Shown here in pieces: positions 25,441 through 38,440 of a stretch of 64,000 bases of DNA. The stretch is from Octopus sinensis. Its lineage: Eukaryota. Position 1 is the first letter of the stretch, and each line of letters begins with the position of its first letter. Where the stretch lies: positions 135,160,001 through 135,224,000 of the forward strand of contig NC_042997.1 in the NCBI RefSeq assembly GCF_006345805.1, in the 5' to 3' direction. The translations under genes were made by a program, and so were the position numbers. The notes under the pieces are model-generated. The model saw nothing but the letters and a program-made list of their open reading frames with translations, was not told the origin of the DNA and did not search any database.

Positions 25441-26900
25441 CTTTCGAGCCATAACTACACAAGCTGGGTACCTAAGATGAAGAAAATGTATGTCAGCATT
25501 CTCCGACGACGTCACCGCAGTGGTGTCGGAATGTAAACATCGAAATAATTGGCACTGTTCTCAGAGACAACGTGACGGTATCAGAAACGAAATTTAACCA
25601 GGAAAAGTCAGTGGACTTGCAGCTCGGCACCTGGAGAAGCAAGTCCGTGCCACGCAACTGCATCCTTGGGCGCTGGACGGACGGACCGGTCAGATTGCTC
25701 AGAGTCTGGTTTGGTCCGGACCTCCAGATGGGAAAATCTTGGACGAGGTAATGAGCAGGGTGGCTACTCTCACCCAGAAATAGGCCCAGAGGAAGCTATT
25801 CCTGAATGGTCGGGCAGGTGTGGCTAACGTGTACTACTGCTTGACCGTTGTGCATTATCCCGGGTCCTGTCTGATTACATAGGAGAGACGCGTTCCGATG
25901 GTCAGGTGGTCTATCTGTTTTCCAACACCCACTGAGTGGTGGCCTGGGCATTCTGTGGTTGGTGGTGCACAGACATGCGCTAAGAGTACGACATTTTCAG
26001 TGCTTCCTTGACGCTGAACAGCTGTAGTCACCATTCTGTGGACATATATTTCCCCAGTTGGTCTCGTTAACGAAGCTGCAGAGTCAAACAGAAACCGCGA
26101 GAAGGCATTTGGAAAGTGCAATGTCTTCATGTGCTCACAGTCCTCAGCTAGTCGGTCACTGCGATAATTGGAGCGTCTACCAACTTTCTATAAATGATTA
26201 GCGGAGTGCGACGACGTTCTTGGAGTATCGAAGATCAGCTAGCAGCTCTCTTCCGGAGAACCTTCGGCCTAAGACTAATGTATAACTTCCAATAATCTCT
26301 GGCTTAGTATTGTTACTGTGGAGCTTTGCTTGTTTGAGATAAACTATACAGGTACGGAAGTGCTGTCAGCGGAATATATCCGAGATACGCGCAGGGCGAT
26401 GAAACTGTCCTGCATGTATTCATCCAGTGCCCGAGTATTGCTGACCTGTGAGTCTTCGTCGAACGCCTGCTGTCGCATGTCCACTGAATCTACTGTGAAG
26501 ATTGCTCCGTCGTTTCTCTTAACCTGGAACAGCAGGTTGTCTTTATGTGACTGGTGGTCATTGTGAAAGGGCTGTATGGTGGACGAGATTAAAGGGGCTG
26601 AAGACAAACACTTTTCCTTTTGGCCAATCCCTGATCAAATTCTTCAAATTCTTCAAACTTGAAGAGTGGGAAGTGTTGCACTCTAGCCATTTTGCTGAAA
26701 GGTGGATGCCTACCCTGAGCATACGCTTGTAATCTGAGAAAAGGAAATGAGAAAAGGCACCTGCCCCAAAAGTGAGGGCGCCCATGGTTTTATGGGGTTT
26801 TGCCATGAACAGCCCTCGAACAACACCTTCCCATTGAGTATTATACATTGTTAAAATGTTGTTTTTCATTATGTTAAACCTGTTTACACTAAAAACTCTC
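25441..26900 (+). mobile_element. Degenerate Tx1/L1-like LINE (RT and downstream region)
   Basis: 'SAFSDDVTAVVS...KFNQEKSVDLQLGTWRSK...GRWTDGPVRLLRVWFGPDLQ...RKLFLNGRAGVANV'; many stops. Confidence 0.8.
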
Positions 26901-26997
26901 ACAACAACACACACAAACATTTTTTTTATTTTGTTCTGTACTCTCAATAATGTTTTTCTTAATGTAAACTATTTTGTGGTAAATAAAGAAAGAATTA

Positions 26998-27030
<33 letters not shown>

Positions 27031-28191
27031 GCATCATTATATACATATTAGCCTTGGACATATATACGAGTCAAATAAGATGGTTAAGGATGGAGATTAC
27101 AACCAAAAAGTATGTAGAACTGTAGAAGCGAAAATTCTGCGCCTCTGACTAACTTATTATACTGAAAAAGCCCATATCAATTTGCGTCTACGATAGAAGC
27201 TACTTGCCCAAAGTATCCTACAATGGACTGAAACCGCATCCACGTGAGAGTGAAAGCGTTTCAACACATGGCCAATTTATTTCCATAGATATATTCGAGT
27301 TTGCGTTATCATTTCATATAATGATACAAATAATATAACATGATCTTATAAGATATAAAAGTGAATGACCTAAACTATTTTCTATATTGTGTTGCTTTTT
27401 TTTTGATCCATCGATTGACAAACGATTTCTCACCTATATTTCCTTCAGAAGAGCACTTAAATTGTTATTTGCAGAGGATAATACTAGACATAAAAACAGC
27501 TGGGATTGATGAGCAGGAAAAACACTGTTCGTATACAATAGCTGCATATGGCTGCCAACAAAATAACATTTTACGAAGATAAAATGATTATTACTAACAA
27601 GTGTAAAATGTAAATTTTATGCATATGCAATCATAATGTTTCTTTCATCATTTTATGTACATCAAATATTTTATATCTATTATTCTTGTACAAACTGCAT
27701 GAATATGCATAAACCCACACCCACACAAAACGCATATGCATGTGTTTGTATATATTATATGTAAATATTACAGTGACGTCGAAGTTTTCACCGGCTATCC
27801 TTCGTTGGACTATCCATGACGGCAGCTAGCAATCACCCAGTTTCGTGTAAATATATATGTACTCTACGAAAACGTATTGAATAATTTTTTAGCTTAGTGT
27901 TCAAATGTTTTTACTATAACTCGAAATAAATCCAAATATTATCACACACACACACACACACACACAAATAAAAACAAGCAAACATCTTTGAAAGTGTGTG
28001 TGTATGTATGTATATAACAAAAGCGACATGTGTTGATTTTTGAGAAAGAACATACATAATTTTACAGTTCTGCTTACACGTTGTATTTGTAAGGTGCAGG
28101 TACAGTCGCATGAATTTTTAATCTGAGTAGAGACGCTGTAGGCTTCGTAGCAATTGTAGATATGTGTTCTGTCATTATACAAAAATGTGTG

Positions 28192-28237
<46 letters not shown>

Positions 28238-28390
28238 CGTGTGTGTGTATGTGTGTGTGTGTATGTGTGTAGAATAATAGAATTTTTAATGGAAACAATA
28301 CTCCGTGTATAGTACAACTGCGTGTGTGTGCTCGTTTATGAGCTAAGGGGTAATAAAAATTTTTTGGGAGGAGATACACATTTCAATTGT

Positions 28391-28851
28391 CAGTACAACA
28401 CATCAAAAAACGAAATCGTGCTTACAGAGACTTGGATGGGATACATGTTTATATTAAAAATTCAAATAATAAAATATAATAAAATAATGATAAAAAATAA
28501 TAAGATATAAATTGTACATGAAATAAGATATAAAAACATGAAAGAGAGTTCGGTAATATGAGATATTATGAAGGTAATGTCAGTTAAAAGCCATGAAATA
28601 TTCAGCCCTTGAATATTTTCTGAAACGGCCGTAGGTTCTTAACTGAATTTAACTGTCTCCGTCCAATACATGTATCTATACACACATACACGGTTTCATG
28701 TGCTTATATCCTACTTAATTTACATTTTATATCTTATTATTTTTATCATTTTTATTATTCTTTATTATTTGAATTTTTAATATAAACATTATCCCATCTA
28801 AGTCTTATAAATCACTGTAAGCACGACTTCGTTTTCGGATGTATAATACTG
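28391..28851. mobile_element. Foldback MITE with ~125-bp imperfect TIRs (CAGTA...TACTG), copy 1
   Basis: 28391-28517 is the reverse complement of ~28720-28851 with a few indels; spacer about 200 bp; no clear TSD. Confidence 0.7.
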
Positions 28852-29156
28852 TGTGTGTCTGTGTGTCTGTGTGTGTGCGCGTGTGCGCGCGCGACTTGTG
28901 TGTGTCTATATACATATGTCTATATATGTATATATATGTGTGTGTGTGTTGTGTGTGTGTGTGTGTTGTGTGTGTGTGTGGTGTGTGTGTGTGTGTGTGC
29001 GTGCGTGTGTGTGTATGTGTGTGTGTGTATGTGTGTAGAATAATAGAATTTTTAATGGAAACAATACTCCGTGTATAGTACAACTGCGTGTGTGTGCTCG
29101 TTTATGAGCTAAGGGGTAATAAAAATTTTTTGGGAGGAGATACACATTTCAATTGT

Positions 29157-29617
29157 CAGTACAACACATCAAAAAACGAAATCGTGCTTACAGAGACTTG
29201 GATGGGATACATGTTTATATTAAAAATTCAAATAATAAAATATAATAAAATATTGATAAAAAATAATAAGATATAAATTGTACATGAAATAAGATATAAA
29301 AACATGAAAGAGAGTTCGGTAATATGAGATATTATGAAGGTAATGTCAGTTAAAAGCCATGAAATATTCAGCCCTTGAATATTTTCTGAAACGGCCGTAG
29401 GTTCTTAACTGAATTTAACTGTCTCCGTCCAATACATGTATCTATACACACATACACGGTTTCATGTGCTTATATCCTACTTAATTTACATTTTATATCT
29501 TATTATTTTTATCATTTTTATTATTCTTTATTATTTGAATTTTTAATATAAACATTATCCCATCTAAGTCTTATAAATCACTGTAAGCACGACTTCGTTT
29601 TCGGATGTATAATACTG
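29157..29617. mobile_element. Foldback MITE, copy 2 (inside the tandem duplication)
   Basis: Same termini shifted by 766 bp. Confidence 0.7.
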
Positions 29618-30274
29618 TGTGTGTCTGTGTGTCTGTGTGTGTGCGCGTGTGCGCGCGCGACTTGTGTGTGTCTATATACATATGTCTATATATATGTATA
29701 TATATGTGTGTGTGTTTGTGGTGTTTGTGCGTGTGTTGTTTTACGCGCGTCTGAATTTGTGTATGTGTATGTATTTGTATGTATGTACATTTGTATGTAT
29801 GTATATATGAGGATTATTTATATATGTTATAATCTAGAACAAGCAGTAAAATGTTACTTGGAGTTTCGAATGTCGGGGCGAAGAACGGCGATGCATTCTC
29901 ATCAGCTATTTATAGCAACAGACGCTATGAAAAACTGTTAAATAAAAGGGAAGTTACTCTAATATTTAGGAAAAGAAAAAAGATAAAAAATACAAGCAAC
30001 CATATTCTCACGATACATAGACATAAACCTCCTACGTTCACAACATCTACATGCGTACACACTCACACAATCATGTTTACGTACATGCACACACACACAC
30101 ATGCACACATGCATATATATATTTATATATATATATATATATATGAACGCAACCACATCCTCATAAACACATAGGTGTTTACATGCATACACGTAACATA
30201 AAACATATATATTTAGACAACTATACGTATAAATATATATATGTACAGACATACACACACATATATATATGCGT

Positions 30275-30340
<66 letters not shown>

Positions 30341-30944
30341 GTATGTATATATACATATACATATATACACACGCATATATATATATGTACATATATATAT
30401 ACACGCGCGCGTGTATGTGTATATGTGTGTGTGTGTAAACCTCCAACACTCACAGGTCCTGAACATTGTGTAAAAACACTCTAATTCTGTGTCTTTCTTG
30501 TTCTTTACGTCTCGAATCAGTAGCTGCTTTTCTATCTCACTGTGTGGGATGTAGTACGAATATAGGTCACTCTAATCTACACTGTATCACCTCTGTTGTG
30601 CCTTATTATTCGGTGTTATTCACAACGCGCCTTCCATAATTCAAATTCATAATGAACTACTTTCTGGCGTCCATTATTTTCTTTTCTTTCTTTCTTTCTT
30701 TTTGTTGAGATGATATTTGACTTCACTTTTCTTTAAACACTTGCACTCAATCATCATCCACACGGAAACTAGACAATATGCACCGAGCCTGCGCTGATAT
30801 AATGAAAATACAACATGCTGACGTTTGGATGTCACGCAAAGTTTGTTTCCTTTAAGAGTGAAAAAGACAACAGTGTTCATATCAAGAAGTTATTATCGAA
30901 CTTTTACTCCTGTTCTGCATGTAAGTATGTATATCGATATATAC

Positions 30945-31188
<244 letters not shown>

Positions 31189-31468
31189 TATACATATATA
31201 TATAAACCGTATGTACACCTATATCCTATGTGTGCATGTGTGTTTGTGGTATTTTCTATAAACTGACGAGGCGAGTTCAATTAAGCCCTAGGCAAAGGAG
31301 TAGGTGTCACTGATGAGGATTAATTCAATCCAAAATGACCGATGATCTAACACTCCTCGCTTGTTGTAGGGAGGTTGTTCTCCCTTGTTAATCAATAGAC
31401 AAGTCCAGTGATTTGCCCGTGACTAAGAGTTATATTTACTCTTACGCACGCACACACACACACACACA

Positions 31469-31552
<84 letters not shown>

Positions 31553-31558
31553 TATGTA

Positions 31559-31734
31559 CTAGCAGAAATACCCGGTGTCTCACGGGTTAAAGAGAGTAAT
31601 GAAATGTAAAAACGTCGTCTAGACTTCGCAGGTCTCAACTTCTACATTAATAATTCTCCAGCCCTTGCTAACATGGAACATAGACGTTAAGTGAAATGTT
31701 AAAAGAAAGTTTTCAACTCATATATGTATATAGA
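31559..31734 (-). mobile_element. Short non-autonomous Helitron-like element
   Basis: The minus-strand 3' end has an ACCCG/CGGGT hairpin (31570-31587) 8 nt before CTAG|T. The putative 5' end is TCTATATACATATA near 31734. Confidence 0.5.
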
Positions 31735-32003
31735 GTAAATACACGTAATTCAAAAATACGTTATATACACACACACGTACACACACACACACAAACACTC
31801 GCACTCATTAACACAAGCGCACACCTGCACATCTCCATACATACAGCAAACATTCTGTCCCCTACCTATTTTTACTTCCTCCTTCTACCCATTTTTGACG
31901 TCAATGCTTATAACGGATTTTTAAAAAAAAACACTCATTATCGCTGTGATCACCATGTAGGCAATCATCGAAATTTTTGTTCGTCTTGTGGTTGAGAGAG
32001 GCT

Positions 32004-32097
32004 CCTTATCTTTCCTGATGAGAAGATTACATAATGTACCTTTTATTCCTTCGGAATGAAAATATGCTGTCTTCGAAACATATGTCGAGAGTAAAGG
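32004..32097 (+). ncRNA. Type I hammerhead ribozyme with canonical core and extended stem II (family B)
   Basis: ccttatctttc-CTGATGA (32015-21)-GAAGA...TCTTC-GAAA (32075-78)-CATATGTC-gagagtaaagg. G10.1-C11.1 closes stem II, stem III is the palindrome ACATATGT, the triplet is GUC (cut after 32086), and stem I is partly paired. Confidence 0.8.
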
Positions 32098-32295
32098 AAT
32101 TTTGTTAACATCTTCGTTCGACTCCATTCTTTCATTCATTCATATACAACACACAAATTTCTACACAAGAAACCGGAGTTTCTACCCTTGACAGGTCGCT
32201 TCAACCGTGTTTTCTGACGTGAATTTGCTACCCAGGTTTCGGTTAAACGAATTTTCCATGCTGACGATAAACATAGGATAATTCATTCACCTACT

Positions 32296-32297
<2 letters not shown>
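32004..32297 (+). mobile_element. ~290-bp non-coding hammerhead-bearing repeat (PLE pLTR-like or retrozyme-like)
   Basis: Shared with 24395-24631. Both copies end at the same base ('cattcaccta') next to (TA)n. Confidence 0.65.
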
Positions 32298-32375
<78 letters not shown>

Positions 32376-34261
32376 GTTTAATTTGATCTTAGGTTATTAG
32401 TTAGAATAATTGTAGGCTGGTAGTATCTTGTGCGAATGATTTTACCTGGAAAAGGAATGTAAGGTAGGAGGTTAAATATAAATACAAATACAATATAGAT
32501 GCTTGCACGACTGTGTATATCTGCATATATGCATCTGTGAAGGTGAATATGTTTGTGTATCTATCATTTATTGTCCTATCTCTATTATCCATCCTTATCT
32601 ATTTCAGAAAATCCATCTCAATTCAAAAGCAAACATACCTATAAAGAAACACGCACTTCGAACGCCAGTGAACAGGACCTCAGCTTGGACGGTAAAACTA
32701 TAGATTTATCTCCTACTTCTTTTTTAACCATTGAATTTAATAAGCTGTCTTTATTGTGTCAATGTCTGCTTAATTTATCTTAGTGTACAACATTGGTTGC
32801 ATTTGAATACAGTTATCAAAACGTTCTGGCGATGATATGATGGAAATCGTAATTTTAGTGAGTGAAAGCGTCGTAAATGATCTAGTAGATTTCTAGGCCT
32901 TATAATATCAATAAAATGTAGAAGTCTAGAAATGATATAACTAAACGCCAAAAGGGACAGATTTATTAACATTGCTAGTTAGCTAGAGATGTGGAATTGA
33001 CCCAACCAACGTTCAATTAGTTAACGTCAAGATTTGTGAGCGAAATATTAGGGAGACATGATTCCATGGGGCTGGTACTCTTAGAGAGTAGGATAGTAAG
33101 TTGCTTAATTTGTACATCCCTAGAGTAAGACAGAAGAGCGCTGCCCTCGTATATATCTTGGCTACAGGTAATGTAAACCCTCTACTTCTGGTTGTTTTTT
33201 ATATGCCACTGCAACGACCACCAAGATGGTGCACTATCACTATAGTTTTGTTGTTATCTACTCATTGCAAATGGGTGACAGAGAGAAAAAGATGAAAGTT
33301 AAACATTCCTTTCACCTTCCTAGACGCATTTTTCACACTGATAATAAGCATATTTCTTAAATGTAACACAATTATTAAATAATGTAATGCATATATCGAG
33401 TGTAGTTTCTATATGCTGGGAAAGAAGGCACAGCGATGCGATGTGATCTCCCCACATAATTACTTATCTAGCGAAAGCAGACGATGTTGAAGTTTTCTGC
33501 TCCACAGTGGAGAGAGCAGCTGATGAGGGATAAATGGTGTCGCTGATGCGAAAACCAAAATCGGTACTGCTCGCTCTGGGTTGATAACATTTTTAAAAGA
33601 AGAAATGTAAGCATGAGGAATACATGAACGAAATACAGAGAGAGCAGTTGTACCCATCTCCAACTGAAATTTACAATAATGCTTGATGAAGTGTAGCCTG
33701 CAGTAGCATACATAGCCATAGGAATATATCACAGGATACTGGCGCTCATCTGCAGCAGTGATCAGGAAGCCCGATGAATAGCCACAATATGCATCTTCAA
33801 GCCTTTCATTATATCTTGTACATATGAGGCAGCGTGTGATTAATGCCAAGTGTATCACTGTACCTCCTAGCTGGGACCATGCCAGAGTGTCGGGAAAGAA
33901 ATTTATATGAAACTACCCTAACAACACACACTCATACACATAGACTCAAACAGAATTAAATGGGATTTCGATATTTTGTATGTTCATAAAATAAATTCCT
34001 GGAAATCCAAACTTCTATTATTTCGCAGAAGGCAAAGCAGTGCAGGAGATGAGGGAGATTAAAACATCAAATAATGTATTTACGGCAACAAGTACCACCT
34101 CAAAACATTTCATCCCACTTCCAACACCAAAACGGTTGCGATCGGAACAAGACAGCAATAGTAGCGACAACAATAGCAACAACAACAACAATAAACTTCA
34201 ATACACGTACAATTAGAGACTTAGGGACATGTTTCCTTGCCACCAACACTAACATATAAAT

Positions 34262-35235
34262 ATTTGTGTGTGTGTGTATCTGTGTGTATGTGTGTGCGTG
34301 CGTGTGTGTGTATATGTGCGTATGTGTGTGTGTGTATGTGTGTGCGTGCGTGTGTGTGTATATGTGTGTATGTGTGTGTGTGTGTATCTGTGTGTATGTG
34401 TGTGCGTGCGTGTGTGTGTATCTGTGTTTATGTGTGTGCGTGCGTGTGTGTGTATCTGTGTGTATGTGTGTGCGTGGGTGCGTGTGTATCTCTGTGTGTG
34501 TGCGTGCGCGCGTGCGTGTGTGTGTATCTGTGTGTATGTGTGTGCGTGCGTGTGTGTGTATCTGTGTGTATGTGCGTGCGTGCGTGTGTGTGTATCTGTG
34601 TGCATGTGTGTGCGTGCGTGTGTGTGTATCTGTGTGTATGTGTATGCGTGCGTGTATGTGCATCTGTGTGTATGTGTGTGCATGCGTGTGTGTGTATCTG
34701 TGTGTATGTTTGTGCGTGCGTGCGTGTGTATCTGTGTGTATGTGTGCGTGCGTGCATGTGTATCTGTGTGTATGTGTGTGCGTGCGTGTTAATGTGAGTA
34801 TGTATGTGCGTGCGTGTGTGTGTGCGTGCGTGTGTGTATATGTGTGCATGTGTGTGCGTGCATGTGTATCTGTGTGTATCTGTGTGCGTGCATGTGTATC
34901 TGTGTGTATGTGTGTGCGTGCATGTGTATCTGTGTGTATGTGCGTGCGTGTGTATCTGTGTGTATGTGTGTGCGTGCGTGTGTGTGTATCTGTGTGTATG
35001 TGTGTGCGTGCGTGTGTGTGTATCTGTGTGTATGTGTGTGCGTGCGTGCGTGTGTATCTGTGTGTATGTGCGTGCGTGCGTGTGTATCTGTGTGTATGTG
35101 TGTGCGTGCGTGCGTGTGTATCTGTGTGTATGTGCGTGCGTGCGTGTGTATATGTGTGTATGTGTGTGCGTGCGTGTGTATCTGTGTGTATGTGCCTGCC
35201 TGCCTGTCTGCCTGCCTGTCTGTCTGTCTATCTGT
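34262..35235. repeat. ~1-kb higher-order (TG)-derived minisatellite
   Basis: Recurrent ~24-30-bp unit 'tgtgtgtatctgtgtgtatgtgtgtgcgtgcg'; source of the VC/HT-rich ORFs. Confidence 0.92.
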
Positions 35236-35517
35236 GTGAGTTTGTCAATAAGCTCCGTCGAATTTTCTAAGCACCAGCGAGACTTAAAATAAATGCCTTT
35301 GAAGCAGGTTACAGTTGCTTTGCCGCCACTGTCACCGTGATATATGGGGTGAACCAGTGTCTTGCTCTTTGAAAATGTGCAACTAGCAACGCGACGTATT
35401 TCTAATATAACTATAGATTTATTTTAAATCTGTTGTCTCTGAAGATAGCAATGACTATCAGATAAAGGTCATATCGTGATTAAAGTATACCAAAATCTAG
35501 AACACCAATACAGACAA

Positions 35518-36381
35518 TCTATATATATATAAAACTCAACATGTGTGTATTTGTGTGTATCTGTGTGTACGTGTCAGTGTGATTAACTTCCCGGCACATC
35601 TCCTCCTAGCCAACAAATCGTAGAACCACCAAAAATGGGTCACTTAAAGTTTAGGCGAATGAAAATTGAACTGCGCTATTTCTGTTCCGAAATTCATCTC
35701 GCAAGAGCAAAAATCGATAATGTGTTTGTTTAGGCCTTATCCCATGCATTGAATAGTGAACTTTACTCAGTCAGCTGTTTGACGTGAACTGTGTTCACGC
35801 GTGCAAGCATGTGTAAATTGCGTGAAAAATAAAAAATCAAGATATAAAAACGAATCGCCGTAAACATTGTAGAAATTGGGCAAAGAAATGAATTTTCAGG
35901 ATGCAGCCTGGAGGGTTTTTTCGTATTAATCGTTTGGACTTTGTGAACACATACCAATTGTTTTCATAATATTTTTAACGCTTTGAATTAAATGTGACCA
36001 TTTTGCATTGAGCCTGCAGAATGTACACAGCTACCGGCCCACAGACGACGCTATGGCATCGGCATAGGCTCGGCATCGGCTCGGCACCGGCATCGGCATC
36101 GACATCGACTTAGCATCGGCTCGGCTCGGCTCGGCTCGGCTCGGCAAACACGTCTCCCTTTCATCGTAAACCGGTGATTGCCGTACGCCGAAGAAAGGCA
36201 AATACCTAGAAACTACAGTCCGTGCGTATCACTTAGGTTTACGAGAGAGGGATGACCTCCCTTTGCAAATATCATAAGGGCACAGAAAGTGTACCTAAAG
36301 CCAGCTGGAGACGATGATCTCCTGGGGCTAAAAGCTACAGTAACACCCACCCTTAGTGGTTAGCCATATTGAGATGGCTAG
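35518..36381 (+). mobile_element. Non-autonomous Helitron-like (HINE/DINE-type) element
   Basis: Starts A|TCTATATATATATAAAA followed by a tgtgtg microsatellite, has an internal (GGCATC/GGCTC)n repeat at 36055-36145, and ends at a TAGCCAT/ATGGCTA hairpin with CTAG|T. Confidence 0.55.
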
Positions 36382-36910
36382 TATACTTTACATTGTCGAG
36401 CGGTTACTGTTTACATCTCGTTCAGAGATTTATTATTGCTATAGTTATATCTTTAGTTGTATACTTAACACTTTTTAAAGTTATCAGCTGAATTACTTTA
36501 TTATATACAGATGAAAAGCTAGAGAAAATGAATTAGTTTTGTTCATCAAAATCATTTTTTGACTCAGCATCACTGTAATTGTATTAACATAGTATTGATA
36601 TCAATTTTTATCCAAAGAAATTAGTCAAAGAACAAAATGTATTGTCATATTAAAATGACAGCGTTGAAGATAATGTCTAATAAGTTCCTTATATCATGCT
36701 TATGATGTCTTATCTTCTCTTTTTTTAAAAATTCACTTTGAAAGTGCAAAATTCATAAACACTATTTCTCTTTTCTTTTCAAGCGTTAGAAAATACGTTA
36801 ATGGTTATCTTTTTCGTGTCTCTTACTCCACATTGCATACAATTCCAACCCCTTCTTTTTTCATATCCATCCAGCTTTCTACACCTTGATCCTTGGATCT
36901 TACCCCTCTC

Positions 36911-36951
<41 letters not shown>

Positions 36952-37226
36952 GTCTCTCTGTATATATATATATATATATATATACATGTAGGATAAGAAG
37001 GGTTTAATTCATTGATGATCTAAACACATGGCTATCTGCGTAAGTGCTATAAATGCTCATCCGTTAGGTTCCAAGTTCACAGCTGAGGTTGGAGCTAGGA
37101 ATCCATATTAGGTATATATTAAAGGAAAATGGACAACAAAACCAAAGCAGGACGAATATCTCAGGGTTATTTAGAGTATTTAATATAAGTAAGGTGAGTC
37201 AAAAAGGTAGGAGTAATTAACGTCAT

Positions 37227-37427
37227 ACTGTTTTGGGGTATCCCGGGTGATGGGTGAGCATCTTCATACGCTGGGTATTCCATCAATAAGGACAAGGTGT
37301 GTATGTAGGAAAGTTCCGGACTGAATTCACATTGTTGGAAAATTCCTACATACACACATTGTCTCTGATGACGGAATACCCAGTGTACGGAGATGCTGAC
37401 CCATCACTGGGATATCCCACAAACAGC
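37227..37427. repeat. Inverted pair of degenerate pLTR/hammerhead (family C) copies
   Basis: Arms 37227-37311 and 37343-37427 are reverse complements with mismatches. The right arm has gtct-CTGATGA-cggaatacccagtg...cactgggatatcc-cacaaacagct. Confidence 0.7.
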
Positions 37428-37450
37428 TAGATATACATGTATGTATATAT

Positions 37451-37856
37451 GTTTTGGTACAAGACCAGCAACTTACAGGGTGGGGGAAAGTCGATTATAT
37501 CGCTCCAAGCGTTCACCTTGTACCTATTAATTCGACACTGAAAGGATGAAAGACAAAGTCGAACCCGGTGACATTTGCACTCAGAATATAAAATTAGAAG
37601 AGATGCCGCTAAGCATTTTTTTGGCATGGATTCTCTCAGCTCACCGCCTCTCTGTGTTGAATAATCCTTTCTATTATAGGCACATGGTCTGAAATTTTGT
37701 GGGAGGGAATAAATCGATTATATCGATCTCAATACTCAATTGGTGCTTAATTTATCGACCCTGAAAGGATAAAAAGAAAGTCGACGTCGGCGAAATCTGA
37801 ACTCTGAATGTGAAGATAGGCGAAATGCCGCTAAGCATTTTACCCAGTGTGCCACC
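37451..37856 (-). mobile_element. Two tandem family 2 SINEs
   Basis: Two successive 'gaaaggatgaaa..caaagtcga...gaactc.gaa...gaaatgccgctaagcatttt' units. Confidence 0.8.
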
Positions 37857-38039
37857 TTCCCTGAGTTGAATAATATTAATAGAGAAGAGTTTAATAAGTA
37901 CGTAACTTTTCTCCCTTATTTGTGCTCACTCTCACGTTTCAAACCTTAACCAGAGTCGTGAATGATGTAGTGGGGAAGTGCTTTGGAACTTCATATTTAT
38001 ACAGTCCAGGCTCCGGCTCAGCGAAAAAGAAGGTCGTCT

Positions 38040-38440
38040 ATATATATTTTTTTTAAAAATTCGAATATTTCGAAGCTTGTCACAGTAGTTTGTTGCATGC
38101 TGCTCGCTTTTCAGGAAGATTTTCACGCTGCGGACAACACAGGAATGAGGAGCTTGAAACCACTATCCTGTTTGAGTTGTCTGTCATCGCATGAAGAAAT
38201 TGGCAGGTGGCTTCTTTCTTCACGTTCATCGACTTCGTCTTCATTGCATTATGAAACAGACTAACTTGAGCTGCTGCATTCTCAGGCCATGTTAATAAGT
38301 ATTGTTCATGATGTTAAATGATTGTGAAGATAATACGCATAGTCATGGTCGAACGGGTACAGGTTCTGCTGACGTATGGGCCGTTTCTTCTTGGTGGCGA
38401 GGCCTTTCTCTTAGATGAGATCAAGATATGCAGAAATATT
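38040..38440 (-). mobile_element. Highly degenerate mariner C-terminal remnant
   Basis: Minus-strand 'KKRPIRQQNLYPFDHDYA' resembles KRP...HDNA; 'NEDEV' occurs downstream. Weak. Confidence 0.35.

Larger units (their letters stand above)
28215..29712. repeat. 766-bp-period tandem duplication bounded by (TG)n tracts
   Basis: 'agaataatagaattt' occurs at 28271 and 29037; the units are nearly identical (duplicate ORF translations in the track). Confidence 0.92.
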
